Source: an uncultured Gemmatimonadales bacterium (GTDB taxonomy: Bacteria > Gemmatimonadota > Gemmatimonadetes > Longimicrobiales > RSA9). From it: a stretch of DNA of 64,000 nucleotides. The stretch covers positions 1,056,001 to 1,120,000 of the forward strand of contig CAWCRS010000007.1 of NCBI GenBank assembly GCA_963798085.1, in the 5' to 3' direction. Shown here in pieces: positions 32,492-43,830 of the stretch (the first letter of the stretch is position 1; the number at the start of each line of letters is the position of its first letter). The notes below the pieces were generated by a model, which searched no databases, was not told the origin of the DNA, and saw only the letters and a program-made list of their open reading frames with translations. The position numbers were made by a program, and so were the translations under genes.

Positions 32492-34792
32492 TCACTCGTC
32501 ACGTCCCACCGTGCGTTCCAGCAGTCGAGGAATGGCGGTGTCGTACACGTGTGCGAGATCCGCTGCCGGCACATCGATCGTGGCGACCGGCGTGCGCAGC
32601 GTGAAGCGCGCTTCGCCGGCTTCCTGCACGCTGCCGATCAGTCGTGCGGGCACACCGTGCTGCGCGGCGCTGTCCAGCACCGCGTCCACATGGTCGCTCG
32701 CGCAGGACACCACGATGCGACCCTGCGCTTCACCGAACAGCAGAGGCGCCGCCTCGAGCGTGTCCTGCAGCCGCACGGACACGCCAAGCGACGGGTCGCG
32801 CACAATCGCCGATTCCGCGAGACATACGGCGAGCCCACCTTCCGCGCAGTCGTGCGCGCTGTGCAGCAGGCGGGCCGCGACCATCGCCAGCACCGCTTCC
32901 TGCAACGCCCGTTCCGCCGCCAGGTCCACCGCCGGCGCATCGCCGGCAATCAGGCCGTGCACGACCTTGAGATACTCGGAGCCGCCCAGCTCGCTCGTGT
33001 TGCTGCCCAGCAGCACAATGGCATCGCCGGGCTGCTGGAACGCGGCGGGAATGCGCAGCGTGACATCGTCGAGCACACCCACCATGCCCACCACGGGCGT
33101 GGGAAAGATGGCGCCGGCGGGACTCTCGTTGTACAGCGAGACGTTGCCGCCCACCACTGGCGTGTCGAACGCGCGACAGGCATCGGCCATGCCCAGCACG
33201 GCCTCCCGCATCTGATAGTAGATCTCGGGCCGCAGCGGACTGCCGAAGTTGAGATTGTCGGTGACCGCGCGCGGGCGGGCACCGACGCACACCAGATTGC
33301 GCGCCGCCTCGGCCACCGCGATCATCGCGCCTCGCCGGGGATTCAGATACACGTAGCGGCCGTTGCAGTCGACGGTCGCCGCAATGCCCCGGCGGGTTCC
33401 GCGGATGCGCAGCACGCCGGCATCGCCGCCCGGTCCCAACACGGTGTTGGTGCGCACCGTCGTGTCGTACTGGTTGTAGACCCACCGCTTGGAGGCAATG
33501 ACGGGTGACGCGAGCAGCCGCAGCAGCACGCGCGTGGCGTGCTGGCGGGCCGGCGCCAGCTGCGATTCCTCGGGCTTCCAGGCACGCAGCCGCTGCACGT
33601 CCGCAGCCTCGGTCGCCTCACGGGTGTACGTCGGGCACTGCACCAGCGGCTCACCCGGAATCTCGCACACGACAACGCCCTTCTCGCGCACGCGGTAGAG
33701 TCCATCATTGGTTACATGTCCGATGACCGCCGCGTCCAGCTCCCATTTGCGCAGGATGCGGCGCACATCCTCCTCGTGCCCTGCGCGCGCCACCACCAGC
33801 ATGCGTTCCTGCGATTCCGAGAGCAGGATCTCATACGGCGTCATGCCCGCTTCACGCACCGGCACCTGCGCCACATCGATGTCGACGCCCGTGCCGGCGC
33901 GCGCGGCCATCTCGCTGGATGATGAAGCAAGGCCCGCGGCGCCCATGTCCTGGATGCCGACGATGTGGCCGCTGCGGATCAGTTCGAGCGATGCTTCCAG
34001 CAGCAGCTTCTCGGTGAAGGGATCGCCTACCTGCACCTGCGGCCGCTTCGCCTCGTTCTCCTCGCTCAGCTCCTCGCTGGCGAAGGTGGCGCCATGGATG
34101 CCATCGCGGCCGGTGCTCGCGCCCACCGCGAGGATGGGATTGCCCGGGCCCGACGCGAAGCCCCGGATCAGCTCGTCCCTGCGCAGCAGACCGATGGCCA
34201 TGGCGTTGACCAGCGGATTGCCCTCGTACGCGTCCTCGAAGCAGACCTCACCACCGAGGTTGGGAATGCCCACGCAGTTGCCGTAGTCGCCAATGCCTTT
34301 CACCACGCCCGCGAACAGATAGCGCACACGTGGTTTTGTCAGCGAGCCGAAGCGCAGCGAGTCGAGCACGGCAATGGGGCGCGCGCCCATGGTGAACACG
34401 TCGCGCAGGATGCCGCCCACGCCTGTGGCCGCACCCTGATAGGGCTCGACCGCGGACGGGTGGTTGTGGGATTCGATCTTGAACGCCACGGCATAGCCAT
34501 CGCCAATGTCGATGACGCCGGCGTTCTCGCCCGGCCCCTGCAGTACCCAGGGCGCTTCGGTGGGCAGTCTGCGCAGCAGTGGCTTCGAGTTCTTGTAGCC
34601 GCAGTGCTCCGACCAGAGCGCACTGAAAACACCGAGTTCGGTGTAGGTCGGCTCCCGGCCGAGGATGGCGACGATACGCTCGAACTCGTCTTCGGAAAGC
34701 CCGTGATCCGCCACCAGCGCCGCCGTGATGGGCGGATCGCCGGGGCGGGGCTGCGGCCCGCTCACCAGCACATCGCCGGGCGAGGTAGCCAT
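32492..34792 (-). CDS. purL: FGAM synthase subunit PurL
   Basis: Motifs [27 protein letters not shown] and GGNVSLYN. Confidence 0.97.
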   Translation of the reverse strand: MATSPGDVLVSGPQPRPGDPPITAALVADHGLSEDEFERIVAILGREPTYTELGVFSALWSEHCGYKNSKPLLRRLPTEAPWVLQGPGENAGVIDIGDGYAVAFKIESHNHPSAVEPYQGAATGVGGILRDVFTMGARPIAVLDSLRFGSLTKPRVRYLFAGVVKGIGDYGNCVGIPNLGGEVCFEDAYEGNPLVNAMAIGLLRRDELIRGFASGPGNPILAVGASTGRDGIHGATFASEELSEENEAKRPQVQVGDPFTEKLLLEASLELIRSGHIVGIQDMGAAGLASSSSEMAARAGTGVDIDVAQVPVREAGMTPYEILLSESQERMLVVARAGHEEDVRRILRKWELDAAVIGHVTNDGLYRVREKGVVVCEIPGEPLVQCPTYTREATEAADVQRLRAWKPEESQLAPARQHATRVLLRLLASPVIASKRWVYNQYDTTVRTNTVLGPGGDAGVLRIRGTRRGIAATVDCNGRYVYLNPRRGAMIAVAEAARNLVCVGARPRAVTDNLNFGSPLRPEIYYQMREAVLGMADACRAFDTPVVGGNVSLYNESPAGAIFPTPVVGMVGVLDDVTLRIPAAFQQPGDAIVLLGSNTSELGGSEYLKVVHGLIAGDAPAVDLAAERALQEAVLAMVAARLLHSAHDCAEGGLAVCLAESAIVRDPSLGVSVRLQDTLEAAPLLFGEAQGRIVVSCASDHVDAVLDSAAQHGVPARLIGSVQEAGEARFTLRTPVATIDVPAADLAHVYDTAIPRLLERTVGRDE

Positions 34793-35529
34793 CAGCGGCC
34801 CCCTGCGGCCGCCATAACGCCGTGTTCCGCGGGCCGGCCGTCAATGTGATCGCGCAGCGAGCGGAACAGACCCAGTCCATCGTCCGGCCCCAGCAGCAGC
34901 TCCACACTGCGCTCCGGGTGCGGCATGAGTCCCAGCACGTTGCCCGCCTCGTTGATGATCCCGGCAATGCTGCGCATGGAGCCGTTGGGATTACCCTCAT
35001 CGGTCACCGCGCCGGCGGCATTGACGTAGCGGAACAGCACCCGCCCGGAGGTTTCCAGAGCGTCCAGCGTCGCAGCATCGGCCACGTAGTTGCCTTCGCC
35101 GTGCGCAATGTGCAGGGCCAGCACGCTGCCCGGCGCGTAGGCCGAGGTAAACACGGTGTTTGTGTTCTCCACGCGCACGAACACGCGCTGCCCCAGGAAC
35201 TGGAGCGAGCGGTTGCGGATGAGCGCGCCCGGAAGCAGGCCCGCCTCGCACAGGATCTGGAAGCCGTTGCAGATGCCGGCAACCAGGCCGCCCGCTGCGG
35301 CGAAGGCCTGCACCGCGGGCATGATCGGGCTGAAGCGGGCAATGGCGCCGGCGCGCAGGTAGTCGCCGTAGCTGAAACCGCCGGGCAGGATCACCAGGTC
35401 GGCTCCACCAAACGAAGTCTCGCGATGCCAGACGAAGTGCGCGGCAGTGCCCAGCACGTCGGTGAGTGCCTTGTAGCAGTCGTAGTCGCAGTTGGAGCCG
35501 GGGAACGTGACAATGGCCGTGCGCATCAT
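34792..35529 (-). CDS. purQ: FGAM synthase glutaminase subunit PurQ
   Basis: Motifs [21 protein letters not shown] and MPHPER. Confidence 0.97.
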   Translation of the reverse strand: MMRTAIVTFPGSNCDYDCYKALTDVLGTAAHFVWHRETSFGGADLVILPGGFSYGDYLRAGAIARFSPIMPAVQAFAAAGGLVAGICNGFQILCEAGLLPGALIRNRSLQFLGQRVFVRVENTNTVFTSAYAPGSVLALHIAHGEGNYVADAATLDALETSGRVLFRYVNAAGAVTDEGNPNGSMRSIAGIINEAGNVLGLMPHPERSVELLLGPDDGLGLFRSLRDHIDGRPAEHGVMAAAGGR

Positions 35530-35792
35530 CTGCCTCCGTCCACGGCGATCGTGTAATCCTCTGTTACCGGATTGGCCAGCAGCTTGCGGCACATTGCATC
35601 GGCCGACTCGCGCGCGCCCGCCGGCGAGTCGGCCAGCAGCTTCAGCCGCAGCAGCCTGCCCACGCGGACATCCTCGACTTCATCGAATTCCAGCGAGTGC
35701 AGCGCATTGTGAATGGCCTTGCCCTCCGGATCGAGCAGTCCCGGTCGCGGCGAAATGCGGACTTCGATCTGGTATTCATTCACGTGGCGCAT
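35526..35792 (-). CDS. purS: FGAM synthase subunit PurS (start could be GTG at 35783)
   Basis: Motifs LDPEGKA, VRVGR and [10 protein letters not shown]. Confidence 0.94.
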   Translation of the reverse strand: MRHVNEYQIEVRISPRPGLLDPEGKAIHNALHSLEFDEVEDVRVGRLLRLKLLADSPAGARESADAMCRKLLANPVTEDYTIAVDGGR

Positions 35793-35801
35793 CCTCCCGG
35801 T

Positions 35802-36731
35802 TCACGGTCGATCGAAGCGTCGGGTACGCTCGGGCATGGTTGACTGCGAGCTGCTGCGGCTGTCGGACGCATCCTCGCGCTGCTCGCCCCGCCGTCGCCG
35901 GCGCCGCCGACCCAGACGGAAGCGGGCCGGCGTCAGTTCGGCATAGTCAATGTCACGCACTTCCGCCCCCGCGTCATCGGCCAGTTCCTCGTCCAGCAGC
36001 AGATCGGGCAGTTTGTCGAAGAAGCCGAGCACGAGCGCCTTGACCACGCCGTAGCTCACATAGGCGAGCAGCAGCGGGAACACCACGTGCGCGGGTGCGA
36101 AGATGGCCAGCGGAATGAGCGCGAGCATGACGACCGCGGTGATAACACCGCGCCAGGTGCGGAAGCCGAAGCGCGGCACCACCGGGTACAGCACGTGGCT
36201 CATCATGAGCAGGCCGAGCACGACCATGAGCGCGGTCATGACTTCGGGCCACGCCGGCCCCACCAGGTAGTTCTGGAAGAAGGCGGTCTGACTGAACGGA
36301 TAGAACGTGGCCAGGGTGAGTCCCGCAGCGGGCGAGGGCAGGCCGTGGAACACGACCTTCGCGTGTCCCGCCTGTTCCACATTGAAGCGCGCCAGGCGAA
36401 TGGCGGCTGCACTCACGTAGAAGAACGCCGCGATCCAGCTCCAGCGTCCGTCGACCAGGAACAGGTAGTAGATGATGAGCGCGGGCGCGACCGCAAAGCT
36501 CACAATGTCGACCAGCGAGTCCAGCTCCTCGCCGAAACGGCTGCCGGTACGGGTCACGCGCGCCACGCGGCCATCCAGCGTGTCCGCAATGCCGGCGAAC
36601 ACGATGAGCCAGGCCGCGCGCTGGAAGTCGCCGCGCGCCGCCGACACGATGCCCCACACACCGAAGAACAGATTGGCGAGCGTGAGCGCGCCCGGCAGGA
36701 TAATGACGCCGCGCTGCAGACGACCGTTCAT
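35802..36731 (-). CDS. pssA: CDP-diacylglycerol--serine O-phosphatidyltransferase
   Basis: CDP-alcohol phosphatidyltransferase motif DTLDGRVAR..SRFGEELDSLVD, plus RLARFN and F.GLPSP. Confidence 0.9.
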   Translation of the reverse strand: MNGRLQRGVIILPGALTLANLFFGVWGIVSAARGDFQRAAWLIVFAGIADTLDGRVARVTRTGSRFGEELDSLVDIVSFAVAPALIIYYLFLVDGRWSWIAAFFYVSAAAIRLARFNVEQAGHAKVVFHGLPSPAAGLTLATFYPFSQTAFFQNYLVGPAWPEVMTALMVVLGLLMMSHVLYPVVPRFGFRTWRGVITAVVMLALIPLAIFAPAHVVFPLLLAYVSYGVVKALVLGFFDKLPDLLLDEELADDAGAEVRDIDYAELTPARFRLGRRRRRRRGEQREDASDSRSSSQSTMPERTRRFDRP

Positions 36732-36735
36732 GGTC

Positions 36736-37665
36736 TCACCCACGCGTGCCCGGCAAGGCTGCGCCGGTGAGCCGGCGGTACACATCGAGATAGCGCCGCG
36801 ATGTCGTGTTCAGGACCTCGTCCGGGAGCTGCGGCGCAGGCGGCTCCCTGTTCCACTGGCCGCGGGATACCAGGCCTTCCAGGTAGTCGCGCACAGGCTG
36901 CTTGTCGAGCGACGGCTGCGAGCGTCCCGCCGTGTAGGTGTCGCCCGGCCAGAAACGCGACGAGTCCGGTGTCAGCACTTCGTCGATCAGCAGCAGTGTG
37001 CCGTCGGGCAAATGACCGAATTCGAACTTCGTGTCAGCCAGGATGATGCCCACCTTCTCGGCGATCTCGCGACCGCGAGCGTACACCGAGAGACTGCGCC
37101 GGCGCAGCTCCGTAGCCAGCGGGGCTCCCACGACTTCCGCCATGCGCGCAAACGTGATGTTCTCGTCATGGCCGGTTTCGGCCTTGGTCGCGGGTGAGAA
37201 AATGGGTGGATCGAGACGCTGGCTCTCGACCAGTCCAGCCGGCAGCTGCTCACCCGCCAGCGTGCCCGACTGCCGGTACTCCTTCCACGCCGATCCCGAG
37301 AGGTAGCCGCGCACGACGCACTCGATGGGCACGACGCGCGTGCGCCGCACCAGCATGGCGCGCAGTGCCCACACGTCGCGGTGTGGCGCCAGCGCCGGCA
37401 CCGCGTCCGCGATCTCGTCCGGATCCGCGGAGATGAGATGGTGCGGGGTCAGCGATTCGAGTTGCCCGAGCCACCACGCGGTGATCTGCGTCAGCACCGC
37501 ACCCTTGTGCGGAATCGGCTGTGGCAGCACCACGTCGAACGCACTGATGCGATCGGTCGCGACGATCAGCAGCCGGCCTTCGCCGACGTCGTAAATGTCG
37601 CGCACCTTGCCGCGCGCCAGCAGCGGGAAGGGAAGTGCGGTGCGGAATGTGGCGGATGCGATCAT
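36736..37665 (-). CDS. purC: SAICAR synthase
   Basis: Motifs [29 protein letters not shown] and [12 protein letters not shown]. Confidence 0.97.
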   Translation of the reverse strand: MIASATFRTALPFPLLARGKVRDIYDVGEGRLLIVATDRISAFDVVLPQPIPHKGAVLTQITAWWLGQLESLTPHHLISADPDEIADAVPALAPHRDVWALRAMLVRRTRVVPIECVVRGYLSGSAWKEYRQSGTLAGEQLPAGLVESQRLDPPIFSPATKAETGHDENITFARMAEVVGAPLATELRRRSLSVYARGREIAEKVGIILADTKFEFGHLPDGTLLLIDEVLTPDSSRFWPGDTYTAGRSQPSLDKQPVRDYLEGLVSRGQWNREPPAPQLPDEVLNTTSRRYLDVYRRLTGAALPGTRG

Positions 37666-39110
37666 GCGTGCAGCTCCGGTGTCGGCGTGTTATCGGGATT
37701 GGCGTCCAGAATCGTCTGCACGTCGCGCAGCAACAGATCCACCTGCTCCGGCGCGCGGCCTACATGACGTGCGGGATCGAGCAGCTCGACGATTTCCGCG
37801 CGCGGCAGGCCGAATGCGGTATCGCCGGCAATACGGTCGATCAGGTCGTTGCTGCCGCCATCTTCGCGGATGCGCTGCCCCGCGGCCAGTGCGTGGCGGC
37901 GGATGCGCTCGTGCAGCTCCTGGCGGTCGCCGCCTCGCAGCACTGCCCGCAGCAGGATCGTTTCCGTCGCCAGCAGCGGCAGCTCATCCATGAGATGGCG
38001 CCGGATGACGGCCGGGTGCACGACCAGCCCGGCCGCGACATTGTGCATCAGCAGCAGGATCGCGTCCGTGGCCAGGTAGGCTTCGGGAATCGCAATGCGC
38101 CGGTTGGCGGAATCGTCGAGCGTGCGCTCGAACCATTGCGTCGCGGCCGTGAACGCGGGATCCAGCGAGAGCGTGATCACGTGCCGGGCGAGAGCGGTGA
38201 TGCGCTCGGCGCGCATGGGATTGCGTTTGTAGGGCATCGCGGAAGAGCCGATCTGGTCTTTCTCGTACGGCTCCTCCACCTCCTTCAGGTGCTGCAGCAG
38301 GCGCATGTCGTGCGCGAATTTCGATGTCGATGTGGCAATGCCCGCGAGCGTCGCGAGGAACGCGTAGTCGCTCTTGCGCGGATACGTCTGGCCGGTGACG
38401 GCGTAGAGACGGTCGAAGCCGAGCCTCGCGGCAATGCGCTGATTGAGCGTGTCCACCTTGGCGCCATGGCCATCGAACAGCTCGAGAAACGACGCTTCCG
38501 TGCCCGTCGTACCGCGCACGCCGCGGAAGCGCAGCGTGGCCAGGCGGTGATCCACGTCCTCGAGGTCCAGCAGCAGGTCCTGCATCCACAGCGTCGCGCG
38601 CTTGCCCACGGTGGTCGGCTGCGCGGTCTGGAAGTGCGTGTAGCCGAGTGTCGGCAGGTCGCGGTAGCGGCGCGCGAACTCCGCGAGCGCGGCCAGGCAC
38701 GCCAGCAGCCGGCGCCGCACCAGGCGCAGCGCATCGCGGTGCTGCAGTAACTCCGTGTTATCGGTGACGTAGGCGCTGGTGGCGCCCAGATGGATGTACG
38801 CTTTCGCTTCCGGCACCACCTCGCCGAAGTGGTGCACGTGCGCCATCACGTCGTGGCGCAGGCGCTGCTCCAGCTGGGCAGCGCGCGTCAGGTCGATGTC
38901 GTCCAGGTGGGCGCGCATGCCTTCCAGGGCGCTCGCCGGAATGGGCAGGCCCAGCTCGGCTTCGGTCTCGGCCAGCGCCAGCCACAGGCGGCGCCACGTG
39001 CCGAACTTGTACGCATCGGAGAAGATGCGGCTCATTTCCGGCGACGCGTAGCGGTCCACCAGCGGATTGCTGTAGGTCCAGTCCGGAGCCGTGCTGCCCT
39101 CGCCCGTCAT
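37662..39110 (-). CDS. purB: Adenylosuccinate lyase
   Basis: Motifs [24 protein letters not shown] and ERTLDDSA. Confidence 0.96.
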   Translation of the reverse strand: MTGEGSTAPDWTYSNPLVDRYASPEMSRIFSDAYKFGTWRRLWLALAETEAELGLPIPASALEGMRAHLDDIDLTRAAQLEQRLRHDVMAHVHHFGEVVPEAKAYIHLGATSAYVTDNTELLQHRDALRLVRRRLLACLAALAEFARRYRDLPTLGYTHFQTAQPTTVGKRATLWMQDLLLDLEDVDHRLATLRFRGVRGTTGTEASFLELFDGHGAKVDTLNQRIAARLGFDRLYAVTGQTYPRKSDYAFLATLAGIATSTSKFAHDMRLLQHLKEVEEPYEKDQIGSSAMPYKRNPMRAERITALARHVITLSLDPAFTAATQWFERTLDDSANRRIAIPEAYLATDAILLLMHNVAAGLVVHPAVIRRHLMDELPLLATETILLRAVLRGGDRQELHERIRRHALAAGQRIREDGGSNDLIDRIAGDTAFGLPRAEIVELLDPARHVGRAPEQVDLLLRDVQTILDANPDNTPTPELHA

Positions 39111-39147
39111 GTCACCCGCCCGTGTGACTCCGCCAGCAGCCATCCGT

Positions 39148-40641
39148 TCAACCGCCGATCTGGAAGAGGACCGAATTGAGCTGCCCGTCGCGCTCGAAGA
39201 CCATACGCACGGGCGACCGTCCGCGCGAATTCGAGAGACGCCGCAGGATCGTCGCCGCATCCTGCGCGTTGTGAATGCGCGTGCCATTGATCTGCAGCAC
39301 CAGGTCGCCTTCCTCCAGCTGCAGATCGCGCGCGGCATCGGACAGGCCCACGATGAGCGCGCCTTCGGCATTGGACAGGTGCTTCTCCGCCTGGATGTCG
39401 GGGGTCAGCGTGATGAACTCGAAATCGGAGCCGGCGCGCACGCGTGCTGCAGTGAGCGAAGGCAGGTCCTGCGTGGAAATCTGCAGGGTGCGATCCCCGC
39501 GACCGGTCTGCGCCACCACCAGATCGATGTTCTCGCCGACCCGTGCGTCCAGCAGCCGGGCCTGCCAGTCCAGCGCGCTGTGCACGGGGCGCCCCTCGGC
39601 GGAGTCGATGACCATGCCCACGCGGACGCCGGCCTGCGCCGCCGGCGAACCCGCGGCCACCTGCGATACCTGCAGTCGCTGCGCCCTGCCGAAACTGTTG
39701 GGGTCCGCTTCCTTCACTTCGAGCCCGACCCAGACACGGCGTACGCGACCTTCCTTCAGCAGATCATCGGCCACACGTTTCGCGCGATCGATGGGAATCG
39801 CGAAGCCGAGACCCACGCTGTTGCCCGTCTCGGTGATGATCTCCGAGTTCACGCCCACCACCTGACCGAGCGCGTTCACGAGCGGACCACCCGAATTGCC
39901 GGGATTGATCGACGCATCCGTCTGGATCATGTCGAGGTAGTAGCCGCGCGTGCCATCGCCGGGGATGATGTTGCGACCCACGCCGCTCACTACGCCTGCC
40001 GTAACGGTGGGCTCGGGGTTGGAGAGCAGGAAACCGAAGGGATTGCCGATGGCGACGACCCACTCCCCGATCACCAGATCCGACGACGTACCCAGCTGCG
40101 CGGCCGCCAGTCCCGCCGGCGGACTCGTGAGGCGCAGCAGGGCGAGGTCCGTGACTTCATCGGTGCCGACGACTTCGGCCTTGAAATCGCGACCATCGGA
40201 AAGCGTCACGACGACGTCCGTAGCGCCATGCACGACGTGCTCGTTGGTGAGCACAAGGCCGCGTGCGTCGATGACGAAGCCGGAGCCCAGGCCCTGCACC
40301 TGGCGCGACACGCCGGGCCCGAGGAAGAACTGCTCGAAGAAGCTGCTCGGGCGCACGGTTTCCGTGCGCATCACGTTCACGCTGACCACCGCGGGCGCAA
40401 CGGCACGTGCCGCCCGCACGATCGCGGTTGTTCGCGTATCCTGGATGGTGTCGCTCGCGGCATTACGCACGAGCTTCGAGGACTGCGAGACCTGCGCGTT
40501 GGAGAAATGCACGGAGTCGTGCCCCGCGCGACGCGCAGCCACTACGAGCGGCAGCGCGGCCCCCAGCAGGAGCAGCACCGGAATGATGAAAAAGGCGGCG
40601 CGGCCCCGCGGTCGCCGGCTGACGCGCTCAGGCTGGCTCAT
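39148..40641 (-). CDS. HtrA/DegP-family serine protease with two PDZ domains
   Basis: TM anchor, GSGFVI, TNEHVV, DLALL and QTDASINPGNSGG, followed by PDZ domains. Confidence 0.93.
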   Translation of the reverse strand: MSQPERVSRRPRGRAAFFIIPVLLLLGAALPLVVAARRAGHDSVHFSNAQVSQSSKLVRNAASDTIQDTRTTAIVRAARAVAPAVVSVNVMRTETVRPSSFFEQFFLGPGVSRQVQGLGSGFVIDARGLVLTNEHVVHGATDVVVTLSDGRDFKAEVVGTDEVTDLALLRLTSPPAGLAAAQLGTSSDLVIGEWVVAIGNPFGFLLSNPEPTVTAGVVSGVGRNIIPGDGTRGYYLDMIQTDASINPGNSGGPLVNALGQVVGVNSEIITETGNSVGLGFAIPIDRAKRVADDLLKEGRVRRVWVGLEVKEADPNSFGRAQRLQVSQVAAGSPAAQAGVRVGMVIDSAEGRPVHSALDWQARLLDARVGENIDLVVAQTGRGDRTLQISTQDLPSLTAARVRAGSDFEFITLTPDIQAEKHLSNAEGALIVGLSDAARDLQLEEGDLVLQINGTRIHNAQDAATILRRLSNSRGRSPVRMVFERDGQLNSVLFQIGG

Positions 40642-41464
40642 GAATCCAGGCAAAGCCGCGGACTGTTTCCCCATCGTCAGGTTGCGAGAGTTCGGCTTCA
40701 TCGTAGTAGACCTTCACCAGGCACAGCCCTGCCGCGGGTGCGGGTGGCGACGTCTCGATTCCCGCCTCGCCGCGCAGCAGCGCATCGATTTCCGCCATGG
40801 ACCGACGCCGCCGCGCGACGTCCACCATGGTTCCGACCATGTACCTTACCATGTGGTGGAGGAATCGGTTCGCCATGACCCGGTAGGCGAACCCCAGACC
40901 GGCCCACTCGACCCACGACGAGCGCAGCACCGTGCAGCGCGTACCGCGCTCCGGTTGCCCGGTGCGGGCGAATCGCTCGAACGAATGGGTCCCCGTGAAA
41001 CGCTGCGCCGCCTCGTGCAGGAGGGCGGCATCCAGCGACTGGCCCATGGGCCAGCACCAGCGCCGGTAGAATGGCGAGCGCGCGGCAGGCTGCGTTCCCA
41101 CGCGGTACATGTACCCCCGGGCCAGCGCATCGTACCGCGCGTGGAAATCCATGCTCACTTCTTCGACCGCCGCCACCCATATGTCGTCGGGCAGCACCGC
41201 ATTGAGTGCCCGTTCCAGGGCCACTGCCGTCCACTTCGCCGGCACACACGCCGATACCACCTGCCCGGCCGCGTGCACCCCCGTATCCGTGCGCCCCGCC
41301 GCCACCACCCGCACCACCCGCGCCGTCAGCCTCGCCAGTGCCGACTCCACCTCCGCCTGCACCGTCCGTTCCCCCGGCTGCACCTGCCAGCCGCTGAACC
41401 CGGCACCGTCGTAGTGCAGCACCAGCTTGCAGCGGCGTTCGGTCGCGTCCGTAACAGGCATCAT
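40628..41464 (-). CDS. truA: tRNA pseudouridine(38-40) synthase TruA
   Basis: Motifs YDGAGFSGWQ, GRTDTGVHA, FHAR and FLHHMVR. Confidence 0.95.
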   Translation of the reverse strand: MMPVTDATERRCKLVLHYDGAGFSGWQVQPGERTVQAEVESALARLTARVVRVVAAGRTDTGVHAAGQVVSACVPAKWTAVALERALNAVLPDDIWVAAVEEVSMDFHARYDALARGYMYRVGTQPAARSPFYRRWCWPMGQSLDAALLHEAAQRFTGTHSFERFARTGQPERGTRCTVLRSSWVEWAGLGFAYRVMANRFLHHMVRYMVGTMVDVARRRRSMAEIDALLRGEAGIETSPPAPAAGLCLVKVYYDEAELSQPDDGETVRGFAWIHEPA

Positions 41465-41471
41465 CGGCGGG

Positions 41472-41500
41472 AAACTACGCAGGGAAGCGGGTTGGTTCAA
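41472..41500 (-). promoter_or_regulatory. sigma70-like promoter for truA (likely leaderless)
   Basis: TTGAAC-N17-TAGTTT, then 7 nt to the ATG at 41464. Confidence 0.5.
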
Positions 41501-41707
41501 CACGCTCCGTTTCTCGGGCTGGGGCTGGGGCTCAGGCTGCGCCGGGCGGCTTTCAGGTGACGACTGGGGCCGCCGCGTCGTGGCTTTTTCATGCACGGAC
41601 GGCGCGCGTGCGCCGGTTGCCCCGGGCTCGTTGCCGGGGAACGGATGAGCCCGGCTCCGAGTCCGTCCCTAACGTATTGTTAGACGCGGGAATGCAGTAC
41701 CCCTGCC

Positions 41708-41790
41708 TGTGCGCCGCCCCATCGCCGACCGTCAACAGGCGCCCCTGTCCCGCGTCCGATCCTGAAACCGACTCTCCCTCACCCCTCCCC
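41708..41790. repeat. C-rich dispersed repeat, copy B (homologous to 12816-12894)
   Basis: See copy A. The core of about 32 nt aligns with 3 mismatches and 2 indels, and similarity extends over about 80 nt. Confidence 0.6.
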
Positions 41791-42032
41791 CGGAACAGGA
41801 TCCCGGGCGTGAAGAGGTACAGGCGCAGTCGATCGAGAACTGCGTTCGACACGTGTGGGCGGGGCCGTGCCGGCGTTGCAGTCGATCGGCAATCTGGAGC
41901 GGCTTGCCGTCGATGCCGCCGGGTGCGAACCTGAGTCGCGGCTGAACTCGTGCGTCAGGCAGCTCCCTGGAAGTGCGCTCGACGAACAGCGAGTTCCGAA
42001 AACAACCCACTCCCGATGATCTGACGAGGCGC

Positions 42033-42431
42033 ATGAAACAGACAGCGAAGGCCCGGTTTGCCATCAGGACATGGGATGAGAAGCCCTTCAGTGAGGGCAA
42101 CGACGTGCCCAGACTCACGCGGGCCAGTGTGGTCAAGACCTTCACCGGTGACATCGAGGGAGAAGGTCACGTTGAATATCTGATGATGTATCGGGCCGAT
42201 GGTACCGCCTCTTTCGTCGGCCTCGAGCGCGTCGTCGGGAGGATTGGCGCCCGGGGGGGCACTTTCGTACTCCAGCGCACCGGGACCTTCGCAAACGGTC
42301 AGGCGATGGAGTCGTATTCGGTCATCCCCGGATCCGCGACCGGTGAACTGCGTGGCCTCGCAGGCGACGGCAGCACCGCCGTCGGACATGGCATGGAGCA
42401 CCCCTTCGAGCTGAACTATGAGTTAGCCTGA
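42033..42431 (+). CDS. DUF3224 family protein
   Basis: Pattern F....WDE, KTFTGDIEG, FVGLERV.G.IG.R.GTFVLQ and IPGSATGELRGL.G. RBS GAGG. Confidence 0.8.
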   Translation: MKQTAKARFAIRTWDEKPFSEGNDVPRLTRASVVKTFTGDIEGEGHVEYLMMYRADGTASFVGLERVVGRIGARGGTFVLQRTGTFANGQAMESYSVIPGSATGELRGLAGDGSTAVGHGMEHPFELNYELA

Positions 42432-42600
42432 CCGTGCGGGTCGGAGGGCGACGTTTCACCACAGTCCTCTGTGAACGATCGCCGGCGCGCCTGGCCGCCA
42501 TTCTTGACAGATGTCGTTCCTGCGCGACGCGGCCCGGCAACGCAGCTGATTCGCTGATGGCCGTTCCGAGCCCCAGCCCGCGCCCCAGCCGCCGCAACGT

Positions 42601-43824
42601 TCAAGATGCAAACGCGCCAATGACCTCGAGCACATGATCGATATCCGCTTCCGTATGATCCGCATTGATCTGGAAGCGGATCTCCTCGTCGCCGCGCGGC
42701 ACGACGGGATAGCTGAGGCCGGTGGCCAGTACGCCATTGGCGCGCAGGTGCGCGACCAGCGCGCGGGTCTTCGCGGTGTCGCGCACCATGAGGGGCACAA
42801 CAGGGTGTTCGCCGGGGATGATCTCGAGGCCACGCTGCACCAGGCCCTGCTCGAAACGCCGTGTCAGTGCGCGCAGGCGGTCGAGCAGCGCGCGCCCCTC
42901 GGCGCTGTCCAGGATCTCCAGTGCGCGCAGCGCCGCGGCCGCTTCACCGACCGTGATGGGGTTCGAATAGATGTACATGGGCGAGGTTTCGCGCAGGAAG
43001 CGGATGACGGGAGCGGAGCCGACGACGTAGCCGCCATTCACGCCCAGTGCCTTGCCCAGCGTGGCGATGAGCACATCGCAGGTCGCGTTCGTGTACTCCT
43101 CGGTGCCGTGGCCCGTGCGACCGAACGCACCCACACCGTGCGAGTCGTCGGCGATCACGAGCACGTTCTCGGGGTAGCGCGCATCGTGTTTGCGTGCCAG
43201 CTCCATGATGCGGTCGAGCGGTGCGTGGTCGCCGCGCATGCTGAAGATGCCGTCCGTCACCACCACCGCGCGCGCGGCCTTCTCCGCACCCCGCTCGAGC
43301 GCGCTGTCCAGCGCGTCCATGTTCACGTGGGTGTAGACGATCTTGTCCAGCGGCCGTGCCAGGCGCATCGCGTTGATGATGCAGTTGTGGTTCAGCTCGT
43401 CGCTGATGAGCACCGTGCTGTCCGTGATGAGCGGCGTGATCACGCTCATCACCGATGCGTACGCCGAGCTGAAGATCATGCCGGCATCACGGCCGTGGAA
43501 CACGGCCAGGCGCTGCTCCAGGTCGATGTGCGCGCCATAGGTGCCGCTGATGAAGCGCACGGCGCCCGGTCCGGCGCCGTACTGCGCCGTCGCTTTCTCC
43601 TCCGCGGCCACGACCTCCGGACGCAGTCCCATGCCCAGGTAGGAATTCGAGTTCATGCGGATGAACTCGCGATTGCCTTCGCCGCGCAGCCGGAAGCGCG
43701 GGCCTCTGCCGGCGGCCGGCAGGCGCACCGCATCCACTACGGATTCCGCACCCTTCGCAGTACCGCGCGTTTCCAGGCCCGAGACGTGTTCCTGGAGGAC
43801 GCGCGTCAATCGATCGAGTGGCAT
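42601..43824 (-). CDS. kbl: 2-amino-3-ketobutyrate CoA ligase (glycine C-acetyltransferase), class II PLP enzyme
   Basis: Motifs NSYLG, VRFISGT, SDELNH, TDGIFSMRGD, DDSHG and TLGKA. Adjacent to a threonine dehydrogenase. Confidence 0.85.
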   Translation of the reverse strand: MPLDRLTRVLQEHVSGLETRGTAKGAESVVDAVRLPAAGRGPRFRLRGEGNREFIRMNSNSYLGMGLRPEVVAAEEKATAQYGAGPGAVRFISGTYGAHIDLEQRLAVFHGRDAGMIFSSAYASVMSVITPLITDSTVLISDELNHNCIINAMRLARPLDKIVYTHVNMDALDSALERGAEKAARAVVVTDGIFSMRGDHAPLDRIMELARKHDARYPENVLVIADDSHGVGAFGRTGHGTEEYTNATCDVLIATLGKALGVNGGYVVGSAPVIRFLRETSPMYIYSNPITVGEAAAALRALEILDSAEGRALLDRLRALTRRFEQGLVQRGLEIIPGEHPVVPLMVRDTAKTRALVAHLRANGVLATGLSYPVVPRGDEEIRFQINADHTEADIDHVLEVIGAFAS

Positions 43825-43830
43825 CGTCGT

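Noticed and set aside
41465..41596. N-terminal extension of TruA (PQPEPQPQP)
   Set aside because: It arises from GGGGCT repeats upstream of a good promoter at 41472-41500. The start at 41464 fits the family.
41667..41685. Integron attC site (CCCTAAC...GTTAGAC)
   Set aside because: The core-like motifs are only 5 nt apart, far too short for attC. There are no L boxes and no integrase nearby.
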